64,000 bases of DNA from Candidatus Wildermuthbacteria bacterium (GTDB lineage: Bacteria > Patescibacteriota > Minisyncoccia > Minisyncoccales > UBA10102). The notes beneath the pieces are model-generated. The model was not told the DNA's origin and searched no databases. It saw only the letters and a list, made by a program, of their open reading frames with translations. Location: assembly GCA_016186115.1 (NCBI GenBank), contig JACPMK010000003.1:154470-218469 (forward strand). The letters are read 5' to 3'. Numbering within the stretch: the first letter of the stretch is position 1; each line of letters opens with the position of its first letter. Below are positions 55,854 to 64,000 of the stretch, in pieces. The position numbers and the translations under genes are program-made.

Positions 55854-57647
55854 ATGCAAGAGAATATCCGCAATTTCTGTATTATTGCCCATATTGATCA
55901 CGGAAAATCGACGCTTGCCGATCGGTTGTTGGAATTGACCAAGACCATCGAAGAAAGAAAAATGCGGGAGCAGGTGCTGGACTCGATGGAGTTGGAGCGT
56001 GAGCGGGGAATTACTATTAAAATGACCCCTGTCCGTATGCTCTATACGCGGACAGGTCCGCAACAGACAACATATATGCTGAATTTGATTGATACACCGG
56101 GGCATGCCGATTTTTCGTATGAGGTTTCGCGCTCTTTGGCTGCGGTGGAGGGGGCGGTCTTGCTGGTTGACGCAACCAAGGGGGTGCAGGCGCAGACCTT
56201 ATCGAATATCAAGCTTGCGCAGAAACAGAATCTCGTATTAATTCCCGTAGTCAATAAAATCGATTCTTCGCTTGCAAGGCCAGAAGAGGTGGCGCAGGAG
56301 ATTGCTGATCTTTTGCATATTCAGAAGGAAACTATTATTCGCATTTCTGCAAAACTTGGTACAAATGTAGAGCAGTTGCTTGAAAAGGTAGTAGAAAAAA
56401 TTTCTCCGCCCTCCGGAAATTCAGGCGCTCCTTTGCGAGCTCTTATATTCGATTCTTTATTCGATCCTTTCAAGGGGGTAATTGCGTATGTCCGTATTGT
56501 GGATGGGGAGTTAAAGACCGGAGAGCAGATTCTTTTTTTGGGTACTGGCGAGAAAGCCAGCGCAAAGGAAATCGGATATTTTGCGCCCCAAGAAGTTTCG
56601 GTGCCAATCTTGCGGGCAGGCGAGATTGGGTATATTGCCACCGGCGTAAAAGAGCCAGAGCATGTCCGCATCGGCGATACTATCTCTAAACCCGGCGCAA
56701 GCGGAGAAATGCTGCCCGGATACAAAGAGCCAAAGCCGATGGTGTTTTTAAGTTTTTATCCGCAAGACCCCGGCGATTTTAATGCTTTGAGGGATGGGTT
56801 TTCCTACCTTAAGTTGAACGATCCTTCTTTTACGTTTGAACTCGAATCCAAAGATGCACTGGGACGGGGATTTCGCTGCGGATTTCTTGGAGTGCTGCAT
56901 TCTGAAATTATCGCAGAGCGCGTACAGCGCGAATTTCATATTGAAATGGTAATTTCCCGTCCTTCTGTTGAGTATCGCGTGAGCGATATGCAAGGAAAAA
57001 CTTATTCGGTGAAAACCCCGTCTGATTGGCCCGAAGAAAAACAACTTACAGCGATGGAAGAGCCATGGGCAAGAGTAGAGGTGCTTGCTCCTCAAAGCGT
57101 ATTCTCGCAAGTCGTGCAATTATTCGAGAAAACAGAGGGAAATCAGGTTGATTTTCTGCCAATGGGAGAAGGCCGTCTTTTGATAAAGTATGAAATGCCC
57201 TTGCGGGGCGTTATGAACGATTTATATGACAGATTGAAGGGCGCGACGCAGGGGATGGCATCGATGGACTACGAGCTTTGCGGATGGCGCTCTGCAGATT
57301 TAGTAAAGCTGGATATTCTTGTTGCGGGAATAAAAGAGGAGGCATTCGCAACCATTATTCCGCGTATTCAGGCATACGATGAGGGAAAGCGTATTGTTGA
57401 AAAATTGAAAGAATTATTGCCAGCGCAGCAGTTTGAAGTGGCGCTTCAGGCGGTTGTGGGAGGAAAAGTTATTGCAAGAGAGACCATCAGGGCGAGGCGG
57501 CGCGACGTGACCGCGCCCTTGTATGGGGGAGATGTGACAAGAAAACGCAAACTGCTCGAGAGACAAAAGAAAGGCAAAAAAGAATTAAAAACAAAAGGAA
57601 GGGTGATCGTCCCGACTCGCGTTTTCCTCGACGTCTTCCGCGCATGA
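55854..57647 (+). CDS. lepA: Elongation factor 4
   Basis: IRNFCIIAHIDHGKSTLADR, DTPGH, NKID, GFRCGFLG.LH, YGGDVTRKRKLL. Confidence 0.97.
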   Translation: MQENIRNFCIIAHIDHGKSTLADRLLELTKTIEERKMREQVLDSMELERERGITIKMTPVRMLYTRTGPQQTTYMLNLIDTPGHADFSYEVSRSLAAVEGAVLLVDATKGVQAQTLSNIKLAQKQNLVLIPVVNKIDSSLARPEEVAQEIADLLHIQKETIIRISAKLGTNVEQLLEKVVEKISPPSGNSGAPLRALIFDSLFDPFKGVIAYVRIVDGELKTGEQILFLGTGEKASAKEIGYFAPQEVSVPILRAGEIGYIATGVKEPEHVRIGDTISKPGASGEMLPGYKEPKPMVFLSFYPQDPGDFNALRDGFSYLKLNDPSFTFELESKDALGRGFRCGFLGVLHSEIIAERVQREFHIEMVISRPSVEYRVSDMQGKTYSVKTPSDWPEEKQLTAMEEPWARVEVLAPQSVFSQVVQLFEKTEGNQVDFLPMGEGRLLIKYEMPLRGVMNDLYDRLKGATQGMASMDYELCGWRSADLVKLDILVAGIKEEAFATIIPRIQAYDEGKRIVEKLKELLPAQQFEVALQAVVGGKVIARETIRARRRDVTAPLYGGDVTRKRKLLERQKKGKKELKTKGRVIVPTRVFLDVFRA

Positions 57648-57683
57648 TACGTCCCTGCCTTCTTGAAGAATCAAGAAAATCCT

Positions 57684-57779
57684 TTAGAATAAAGGAGCGA
57701 GGAGGTACCCCACCATGCTGATGGCGACGAGCAGGACGAGAATCGCCCAAGTGACGCGAATGAACTTTTTGGAAAGCAT
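57684..57779 (-). CDS. 31-aa single-TM microprotein MLSKKFIRVTWAILVLLVAISMVGYLLAPLF
   Basis: Hand-translated; basic N-terminus plus hydrophobic helix; fills the lepA-ftsB gap. Confidence 0.6.
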   Translation of the reverse strand: MLSKKFIRVTWAILVLLVAISMVGYLLAPLF

Positions 57780-57787
57780 ATTCTTTT

Positions 57788-58195
57788 ATGGTAACAAGAG
57801 TTTCAAAAACACGCAAAAATCATTTTTCTTTTTCGCGTAAAGTGGCTACGGGTTTGACGGTTTTGACGCTGTTGGGCATTATGGGAGTACTATTGTCTGC
57901 GAATGCGCGAATTGCCGATAAGCGCAAGGAATTGCTCCAGAAGCAGGAAACAGTCCAGGAGCATATTCTTCGTATCGAGCAGCAGCGACAAGAACTTGAA
58001 CAAGGAGTTCTGGACAGCCAGAATCAAGAATATCAGGAAAAGATTTTGCGAGAAAGGGGTCTCTACAAAAAACCAGGCGAAGAGGTGGTCACCATTTTGA
58101 GGCCAGAGGAGCAGAAAAATACATCAGAGCAAAACACGAAACAGCAGTCATGGTGGTCCCCCATAGAAATGTATCATCGTCTGTTTGGGAAATAA
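57788..58195 (+). CDS. Septum formation initiator FtsB/DivIC-like protein
   Basis: TM plus coiled coil plus EKILRERGLYKKPGEEVV. Confidence 0.8.
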   Translation: MVTRVSKTRKNHFSFSRKVATGLTVLTLLGIMGVLLSANARIADKRKELLQKQETVQEHILRIEQQRQELEQGVLDSQNQEYQEKILRERGLYKKPGEEVVTILRPEEQKNTSEQNTKQQSWWSPIEMYHRLFGK

Positions 58196-58207
58196 GTTGA
58201 ACGTGAT

Positions 58208-58278
58208 GCGAGTGTGGTTCAATGGTAGAATGCGACCTTCCCAAGGTTGAGACGGGGGTTCGATTCCCCTCACTCGCT
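58208..58278 (+). tRNA. tRNA-Gly(CCC)
   Basis: GCGAGTG/CACTCGC acceptor stem, anticodon loop TT-CCC-AA, GGTTCGATTCC. Confidence 0.95.
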
Positions 58279-58281
58279 CAT

Positions 58282-58353
58282 GCCGGAGTAACTCAGAGGC
58301 AGAGTAGCTGTTTCGTAAACAGCAAGTCGCGAGTTCGAATCTCGCCTCCGGCT
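58282..58353 (+). tRNA. tRNA-Thr(CGT)
   Basis: GCCGGAG/CTCCGGC acceptor stem, anticodon loop TT-CGT-AA, GTTCGAATC. Confidence 0.95.
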
Positions 58354-58399
58354 CTTTTTTATTGCATTTTTTTCAATTTCTCCGTACAATATACTCGAT

Positions 58400-59501
58400 A
58401 TGCTAGATATTGCGCAGGAATTGAACGAACTCTCTAACCGCCTCCATGAGTTGGAGGACTGTCTTTGACATTGCCGAAAAACGCAACCGAATCCGAGAAC
58501 TCGAGAATGAATTTCAGAACCCGGCATTTTGGCAAAACAAGGAACGCGCTGCCAAGCTAAATCGCGAACTTTCTGAAACAAAAGAAATTGTGGCGCAGAT
58601 CGAGGGTTTCCAGCGCGAGCTTAATGATGCAAGGGACTTAGCAAAAATTTCAGAAGGGGATATACATTCTATTGAAGGGATCGAACGGCAACTCAATGAT
58701 TTCAAAGACCGCATTCGGCAGGAAGAACTCAAGACCTTTTTTTCTGCAAAGTATGATCATGGCGATGCGCTGCTTACGATTACCGCCGGTGCCGGCGGCC
58801 AGGATGCCCAAGATTGGGCCGCACTGCTTTTGCGTATGTACCAGCGCTATTGCGAAAAGAAAGGATGGGCTGTAAAAATTCTTCATCAGTCGTTTGGAGA
58901 GCAGGGAGCAGAGGGGCGCATCGGTATCAAGCACGCGCTTCTGGAAATTCAAGGACCTTTTGCCTACGGATTTTTGAAAAAAGAAACAGGAGTGCATAGG
59001 TTAGTGCGCATCTCGCCATTTTCTGCAAAATCCTTACGGCATACATCATTTGCTTCGGTAGAAGTACTGCCTCGTATCGATATGGTGGAAGAAAAAAGTA
59101 TTGCCATTAAACCAGAAGATGTGAAGTTGGAGCTGACAAGGTCTTCCGGTCCCGGCGGGCAGAATGTGAACAAGCGCGAAACAGCCGTGCGTTTGACTCA
59201 CATTCCAACAGGAATCGTTGTCGAGTCGCAATCTGAACGTAGTCAGCAACAGAATCGGGATCAGGCAATGGCAGTGCTTGCCTCAAAATTGTATCAGCTT
59301 CAGGAGCAGCAGCGGCAGCAGGAAGTGGCCGCGCTCAAGGGCGTGCAAAAGCCAATTGAATGGGGAAGCCAGATACGTTCGTATGTGTTGCACCCGTATA
59401 CTTTGGCAAAAGATCATAGAACCGATGTTGAAATTTCCGATGTACATTCGGTGCTCAATGGCGAACTCGATTCATTCGTGGAAGCAGAAATAAAATTATA
59501 G
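58400..59501 (+). CDS. prfB: Peptide chain release factor 2 with programmed +1 frameshift
   Basis: ORF1 MLDIAQ...DCL* ends at CTT TGA C (58463-58469) after GGAGG; +1 frame has SPF and GGQ motifs. Confidence 0.95.
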
Positions 59502-59513
59502 AAGAATACGATC

Positions 59514-60209
59514 ATGGCAACTGAACCGCTGATACGATTCCATCAAGTTACAAAATTATACCCTCCCGATACCGTAGCATTGGAAGATATTGATGTGGCG
59601 ATCGAGGAGCACGAATTTCTTTCTTTAGTAGGGAAATCCGGTGCCGGCAAAACAACATTTCTCAAGCTGTTGCTTAAAGAGGAGGAGCCAACCAAGGGAG
59701 AGCTTTTGAGCCGGGGAAAAAATCTTGCCGGCATGGAAGGGAACGAGCTTTTGGATTATCGGAGAACAATCGGAGCAATTTTTCAGGACTATAAACTTCT
59801 GGACTCCAGAACCGTGTACGAAAACGTTGCTTACGCGATGGAGGTTTTGGGAGCTCCAGACGATGCGATCAGGCGCGATGTTTCAGAGGTGCTCAAGGTG
59901 GTGAATCTTCTTCATAAAATTGATCAATTTCCCTTTCAACTTTCCAACGGCGAAAAACAGCGGGTGGCAATCGCGCGCGCACTGATCCATCGGCCCCAAA
60001 TAATTTTGGCGGATGAGCCAACCGGCAATCTCGACCCTTATCACACCAGAGATATTGTCCGCCTGCTCTTGAAAATTCATGAATTTGGGACTACCGTACT
60101 ACTAGCAACCCACAATAAAGAAATCGTGAATTTGCTGGGTCGCCGCGTGATCACCTTAGACGATGGGAAAATCATACGAGACGCACAAGAAGGAAGGTAT
60201 GTAATCTAG
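59514..60209 (+). CDS. ftsE: Cell division ABC ATPase FtsE
   Basis: [33 protein letters not shown]; next to ftsX. Confidence 0.9.
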   Translation: MATEPLIRFHQVTKLYPPDTVALEDIDVAIEEHEFLSLVGKSGAGKTTFLKLLLKEEEPTKGELLSRGKNLAGMEGNELLDYRRTIGAIFQDYKLLDSRTVYENVAYAMEVLGAPDDAIRRDVSEVLKVVNLLHKIDQFPFQLSNGEKQRVAIARALIHRPQIILADEPTGNLDPYHTRDIVRLLLKIHEFGTTVLLATHNKEIVNLLGRRVITLDDGKIIRDAQEGRYVI

Positions 60210-60212
60210 TAT

Positions 60213-61127
60213 ATGAGCATATTACTTTCATTTCGAAGAATTTTTGCCTCGGGCTGGAAAATGTTTATTCGCGACCGTAGTTCAACAGGCGCGGCTTTGC
60301 TTGTGATGACGATCGTCCTGATGCTTGTTTCGGGTTGGTTTATGCTCGAGGGGGTAAGTGAATTCTTCCTCAAGAATTTACAGGATCGGATTGACATTAG
60401 TACCTATTTTAAGGACTCTGCCACCGAGGCGCAGATTCTTCAATTGAAAGACGAGCTCGCAAAGTTCCCCGAGGTAAAGGAAGTGGACTATATTTCCAAA
60501 GAAGATGCTTTGAATAAATTTGTCGCAACGCACAAAGAAGATCAATTAATTTTGCGTTCGCTTGACGCCCTTGGAGACAATCCTTTGCTTGCTTCTTTGA
60601 GCATTAAAGCATGGGCGCCAGAATCATTTGAAAAAATATCGACATTTCTCGAAGCTAGTTCCTTTGCGCCAGTTATTGAGAATGTTGACTATCGGGATCG
60701 GGCTCCGGTGATTGAGCGTATTGCAAAGTTCATGGCCAACATACGCAATGGGATACTTGTGGTCAGTATGGGAGGCAGCATTGTAGTTTTTCTTGTGCTG
60801 TTTAACACTATCCGACTTGCTATCTCCCATTCCAAAGAGGAAATCGAGGTGATGCGACTGGTGGGCGCCTCAAATCTGTTTATCGGCGGACCGTTTATTG
60901 TGCAGGGGATTCTGGTGGGGCTTATCGCAATGTTCATTCTTTTTCTTCTTAGCTTTCTTTCGCTTCCTTTTATTGCTCCCCGTCTGGAAGCCGCACTCGG
61001 AGGATTCAATTTCTTTTCTTATTTTACAGATCACCTTTTTCTTATCCTTGGTCTCCAAGCAGCGGTTGGAATTGGTCTCGGCATTCTTTCAAGTTTCCTC
61101 GCCATCCGCAAGTACTTGCGTGCGTAA
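60213..61127 (+). CDS. ftsX: Cell division permease FtsX
   Basis: YISKEDAL, NPL, NTIRLAI...EIEVMRLVGAS. Confidence 0.92.
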   Translation: MSILLSFRRIFASGWKMFIRDRSSTGAALLVMTIVLMLVSGWFMLEGVSEFFLKNLQDRIDISTYFKDSATEAQILQLKDELAKFPEVKEVDYISKEDALNKFVATHKEDQLILRSLDALGDNPLLASLSIKAWAPESFEKISTFLEASSFAPVIENVDYRDRAPVIERIAKFMANIRNGILVVSMGGSIVVFLVLFNTIRLAISHSKEEIEVMRLVGASNLFIGGPFIVQGILVGLIAMFILFLLSFLSLPFIAPRLEAALGGFNFFSYFTDHLFLILGLQAAVGIGLGILSSFLAIRKYLRA

Positions 61128-61132
61128 AAAAG

Positions 61133-61203
61133 CTGCGGGGCTTGGATTCGGACCAAGATACTCGCCTCCAGAGGGCGAAGTCCTACCATTAGACGACCCC
61201 GCA
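61133..61203 (-). tRNA. tRNA-Gln(CTG)
   Basis: Reverse complement TGCGGGG...TCGCC-CT-CTG-GA-GGCGA...CTTGG-TCCGAAT-CCAAG-CCCCGCA. Confidence 0.92.
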
Positions 61204-61260
61204 ATAACATCAATAGTATATCCTATTTTCCGGAAAAATCCAGAGAAGGGGGGGTATCTT

Positions 61261-61290
61261 GCTATAAACTCACGGCCGTGAGTTTTTAGC
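61261..61290. repeat. 30-nt near-perfect loopless palindrome
   Basis: GCTA-t-AAACTCACGG|CCGTGAGTTT-t-TAGC. Confidence 0.8.
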
Positions 61291-61359
61291 CGGATAGCAT
61301 TCTTTTTTGGCTTGCCATTCTAGTTGGCAGTGACCGCTAGGTTTTGATAGAATAAGTTT

Positions 61360-61788
61360 ATGAATGGGAATAAAGACAAGAAATTTATTGCGGTGGCGGT
61401 GGCGTTGGTGAAAAGAGGGGATGAAATTTTAATGACTCTCCGAAATGAAAAAGCGCTCCCTGAAGCGCATTTGAAATGGGAATTGCCCGGAGGCAAAATT
61501 GACTTTGGAGAAACTCCCGAACAAGCGCTGATTCGGGAAATACGCGAAGAAACCGGATATACAGTAAAAATAATTGATAAAAATCCGATTATACGCACCC
61601 ATATTTGGGAATATCCCACATTATCTTTGCATGCGCTTTGTTTGGGATATAAATGTAAAGTAGTCGACGAGCAGAAACCGAAAAACGATCCAAGCATTAA
61701 AGCCATCGCTTGGAAGAAAATCCGCGACTTGGATTATTCCCAAACCCTCCGCGGCACCAAAGAATTTCTAGAGGCAATGAGGAAATAA
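61360..61788 (+). CDS. NUDIX hydrolase
   Basis: WELPGGKIDFGETPEQALIREIREETG Nudix box. Confidence 0.92.
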   Translation: MNGNKDKKFIAVAVALVKRGDEILMTLRNEKALPEAHLKWELPGGKIDFGETPEQALIREIREETGYTVKIIDKNPIIRTHIWEYPTLSLHALCLGYKCKVVDEQKPKNDPSIKAIAWKKIRDLDYSQTLRGTKEFLEAMRK

Positions 61789-61857
61789 GAAATACGTAGG
61801 TAGCCTCATAGACCAAACATAAATTGACATCCCCTTTTGCAAAATTATAATGAAAAC

Positions 61858-62067
61858 ATGCCTTTAACCAAGCAGGATTTAAAACAAATAAAAAAGGTTG
61901 TTATTGAGGCGGTTGATCCGTATTTTACTGCAATACAACAAGATTTTGGGCAAGTATATGGGCGTTTCGACAGAATCGAAAAGCTCATGCTTGCGGATCA
62001 TAAGAGGCGAATAGAGAAACTCGAGCTAGAAGTGCGCGAACTAAAAGATTTGCTCGCAATAAAGTAA
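61858..62067 (+). CDS. Small coiled-coil protein (paralog A), probably leaderless
   Basis: TTGACA-16-TATAAT then ATG 6 nt later; DHKRRIEKLE. Confidence 0.8.
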   Translation: MPLTKQDLKQIKKVVIEAVDPYFTAIQQDFGQVYGRFDRIEKLMLADHKRRIEKLELEVRELKDLLAIK

Positions 62068-62163
62068 ATTATTTATTGATGCCGACTAGAGTCAGTTGCT
62101 TAACTTAGTTAAGCAATCCATAGTTGAGTCGCCATAGAGGCGATTTTTTGGTAGAGTAAAACA

Positions 62164-62283
62164 ATGATTGAATTTATCGTTCGTGCGTTGATACAGAAAA
62201 ACGAGAAAATTCTTAGAAATGAGGGAAGTTTAACTTCCTTCCCATTCCTCCATCTATTTGATTTTTTGTTTAGAATTTGGTAG
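62164..62283 (+). pseudogene. Truncated NUDIX-like N-terminus broken at a palindromic repeat
   Basis: MIEFIVRALIQKNEKIL resembles the first strands of both neighbouring NUDIX proteins, then runs into the 62219-62241 repeat. Confidence 0.5.
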
Positions 62284-62326
62284 AAGTAAGCATAAGAAAA
62301 AGGGAGGAAAGAGAGGTAAATAAACT

Positions 62327-62779
62327 ATGCCAGGAGAAAGATTTAAAATTACCCCAGCGGTACATCTCATACTACAGAAAGGGGAGAAAATTTTTCTTTC
62401 GCTTCGCAAGAACACGGGATGGCATGATGGAGAATACAGTTTACCCTCCGGGCATTTGGAGGGGAATGAAACATTGCTGGAGGCAATGACAAGAGAAGCA
62501 AAAGAAGAAATTGGCATTACAGTCGCCTCCGAAGATTTGCGACTGGTCCATGTAATGCATAGGAAACAATCAGATCAAGAAAGGATTGACTTTTTCTTCT
62601 CCGCCACGAAATGGTCTGGCGAACCCGAAAATAAAGAGCCCGAAAAATGCGGGGGTTTGGGTTGGTACGAAATCCCTTCGCTCGGGGTAATCTTGCCGAT
62701 AGATATTATTCCTTATGTCGAGCAGGCAGTACGACAATCCTTCGGAGGAAAATTCTATAGTGAATATGGCTGGGATTGA
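62327..62779 (+). CDS. NUDIX hydrolase
   Basis: RKNTGWHDG.YSLPSGHLE.NET...AMTREAKEEIG, NKEPEKC. Confidence 0.92.
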   Translation: MPGERFKITPAVHLILQKGEKIFLSLRKNTGWHDGEYSLPSGHLEGNETLLEAMTREAKEEIGITVASEDLRLVHVMHRKQSDQERIDFFFSATKWSGEPENKEPEKCGGLGWYEIPSLGVILPIDIIPYVEQAVRQSFGGKFYSEYGWD

Positions 62780-62822
62780 GCAACTCTCTTGACGACTATG
62801 GTTGGGCTGGTATAGTGAAAAC

Positions 62823-63000
62823 ATCTGGAGGAGGACCTGTGCCGGGAAAATCGAAGAGGCCTCTTACCAGTTGGTTGTGTGGCGTGGTAGGTGAGAGTGT
62901 CCTTGGGGATTGACGGACGCTCTATGCGTTCCTTGCCCCTCCTTTTCGGGTGGACATCTCTCTCGTTGTGGGAGGCGTGATCCCGGCCACGCCCGCCCCC
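62823..63000 (+). ncRNA. Candidate structured ncRNA (~180 nt rod; 6S-like?)
   Basis: Promoter TTGACG-16-TATAGT (62789-62816), nested long-range stems, GC-rich, hairpin plus T-run at 63010-63035. Confidence 0.6.
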
Positions 63001-63009
63001 AACTAAAAT

Positions 63010-63043
63010 AAAGGACGAGTTTATCTCGTCCTTTTATATTTGA
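63010..63043 (+). terminator. Terminator of the candidate ncRNA (degenerate duplicate at 63389-63424)
   Basis: AAAGGACGAG-tttat-CTCGTCCTTT-TATATTTGA. Confidence 0.7.
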
Positions 63044-63075
63044 CACCCGTTCTATGTCGCCAGTAGAATAGATGT

Positions 63076-63318
63076 ATGGAAAGTAATAACCATGAAGTTA
63101 CCAACGAGGAACTCGCAAGAATGGTTGCGAAGGGCTTTGAGGGAGTTCCGACAAAGCAAGAAATGAACGCACGTTTTGATGAGGTGAGTGACCGATTCGA
63201 CAAAATCGACAAGCGTCTCGAGCATATAGAGAAATTTTTGCTTGAGGATCACCGCAGAAGAATAGAAAAATTGGAGGAACAAGTGAAAGAGCTGCGCGAT
63301 GCGCTTGCAATGAAGTAA
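63076..63318 (+). CDS. Small coiled-coil protein (paralog B), probably leaderless
   Basis: TTGACA-18-TAGAAT then ATG 6 nt later; DHRRRIEKLE. Confidence 0.8.
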   Translation: MESNNHEVTNEELARMVAKGFEGVPTKQEMNARFDEVSDRFDKIDKRLEHIEKFLLEDHRRRIEKLEEQVKELRDALAMK

Positions 63319-63457
63319 AATAGCTGTAGACAGGCTTAGCCTGTTTTAGATATAAGGGAAGTTATGAGGGAAGTTTGACTTCCTTCTCAAAAGACGAGTC
63401 AAGAGCTTGTCCTTTTATATTTGAGAAATTTCTAGCAAAGCACAGCGTCTTAATTCT

Positions 63458-64000
63458 ATGAAAATTGCGCAAATAGCGCCTCTCATTGAACGCGTGCCTC
63501 CAAAAAAATACGGCGGAACAGAACGAATGGTTTATGCTCTGACCGAAAAACTTGTAAAGCGCGGGCATGACGTTACTCTTTTTGCGAGCGGCGATTCGAT
63601 AAGTTCTGCAAAATTAGTTTCGGTATATCCCCGCAGTTTACGGGAAGCGCGGATCAAAGATCTGTACGGCTTGAATGATTTGATGCTTTTTAATATTGGG
63701 TTGGCGTATTCCAGGCAGAAAGAATTTGACATTATCCATGACCACAACGCTCAAATCAGTTTGCCTACTGCAAATCTTTGCACTGTCCCTGTGGTCTTCA
63801 CTTTGCATGGTCCTATTTCTCTCACGCAACGAAAAATGTTGGAGGAGCTTGGCAATCCCCATCTCGTTGCGGTATCTCATGCCCAGAAGGATCAAGCTCC
63901 TCGCTTGAATTTTGCTGGCGTGGTGTACAACGGATTAGATATGGAACAGTATCCTTTTTCTGCGGAGCACGATGGGTATCTTCTTTCTGTGGGAAGAATT
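63458..64000 (+). CDS. GT4 glycosyltransferase (runs off the window)
   Basis: Hand-translated MKIAQIAPLIERVPPKKYGGTER...GHDVTLFASGDS; open to the window end. Confidence 0.9.
   Translation, partial: MKIAQIAPLIERVPPKKYGGTERMVYALTEKLVKRGHDVTLFASGDSISSAKLVSVYPRSLREARIKDLYGLNDLMLFNIGLAYSRQKEFDIIHDHNAQISLPTANLCTVPVVFTLHGPISLTQRKMLEELGNPHLVAVSHAQKDQAPRLNFAGVVYNGLDMEQYPFSAEHDGYLLSVGRI

Larger units (their letters stand above)
62219..63386. repeat. 23-nt palindromic direct repeat (62219-62241; 63364-63386)
   Basis: ATGAGGGAAGTTT(A/G)ACTTCCTTC, 22/23 identical. Confidence 0.9.

Noticed and set aside
58222..58581. ORFs overlapping tRNA-Gly/tRNA-Thr (likewise 60898-61281 over tRNA-Gln)
   Set aside because: Shadow ORFs across clear tRNA cloverleaves.
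62823..63000. tmRNA or SRP RNA interpretation of the structured RNA (minus strand reads GGGGG...CCTCCA)
   Set aside because: Too short for tmRNA, with no proper T-arm next to the acceptor end and no tag ORF; no SRP helix-8 GGAA/GCAGC motif; G-U pairs favour the plus strand.
1..64000. Alternative genetic code (TGA=Gly)
   Set aside because: Conserved genes such as lepA, secF and pgk are full length under code 11 and several end in TGA; RF2 is present.

Overview
The window looks like a chromosomal segment of a Patescibacteria/CPR (Parcubacteria-like) bacterium. This is an inference from gene content, few Shine-Dalgarno sites and tRNAs without encoded CCA; TGA is used as stop. Layout: 1-29.2 kb is a large Wzx/Wzy surface-glycan locus with nonulosonic acid synthase and many tailoring enzymes. 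29.3-37.8 kb holds a 2223-aa Ig-rich surface protein and a Zn-peptidase that share a C-terminal wall-anchor module. 38-61 kb is housekeeping (murB, speD, secA, secDF, sigma4/HARE-HTH protein, VirD4-like ATPase, pgk, DHH nuclease, RNase HI, rnpB, murJ, lepA, ftsB-like, 3 tRNAs, frameshifted prfB, ftsEX). Two small-gene hot spots sit at 42.2-43.8 kb and 61.2-63.4 kb. Top observations: (1) an integrase-free array of accessory genes behind secA, each separated by progressively decayed copies of the secA 3' end; (2) a promoter/terminator-bounded ~60-nt RNA complementary to the murB leader hairpin; (3) a monocistronic 24-aa protamine-like peptide; (4) an unassigned ~180-nt rod-like ncRNA with a duplicated terminator; (5) a double glycosyltransferase with a 44-bp identical in-frame repeat. 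All protein calls come from motif recognition; no database searches were run.
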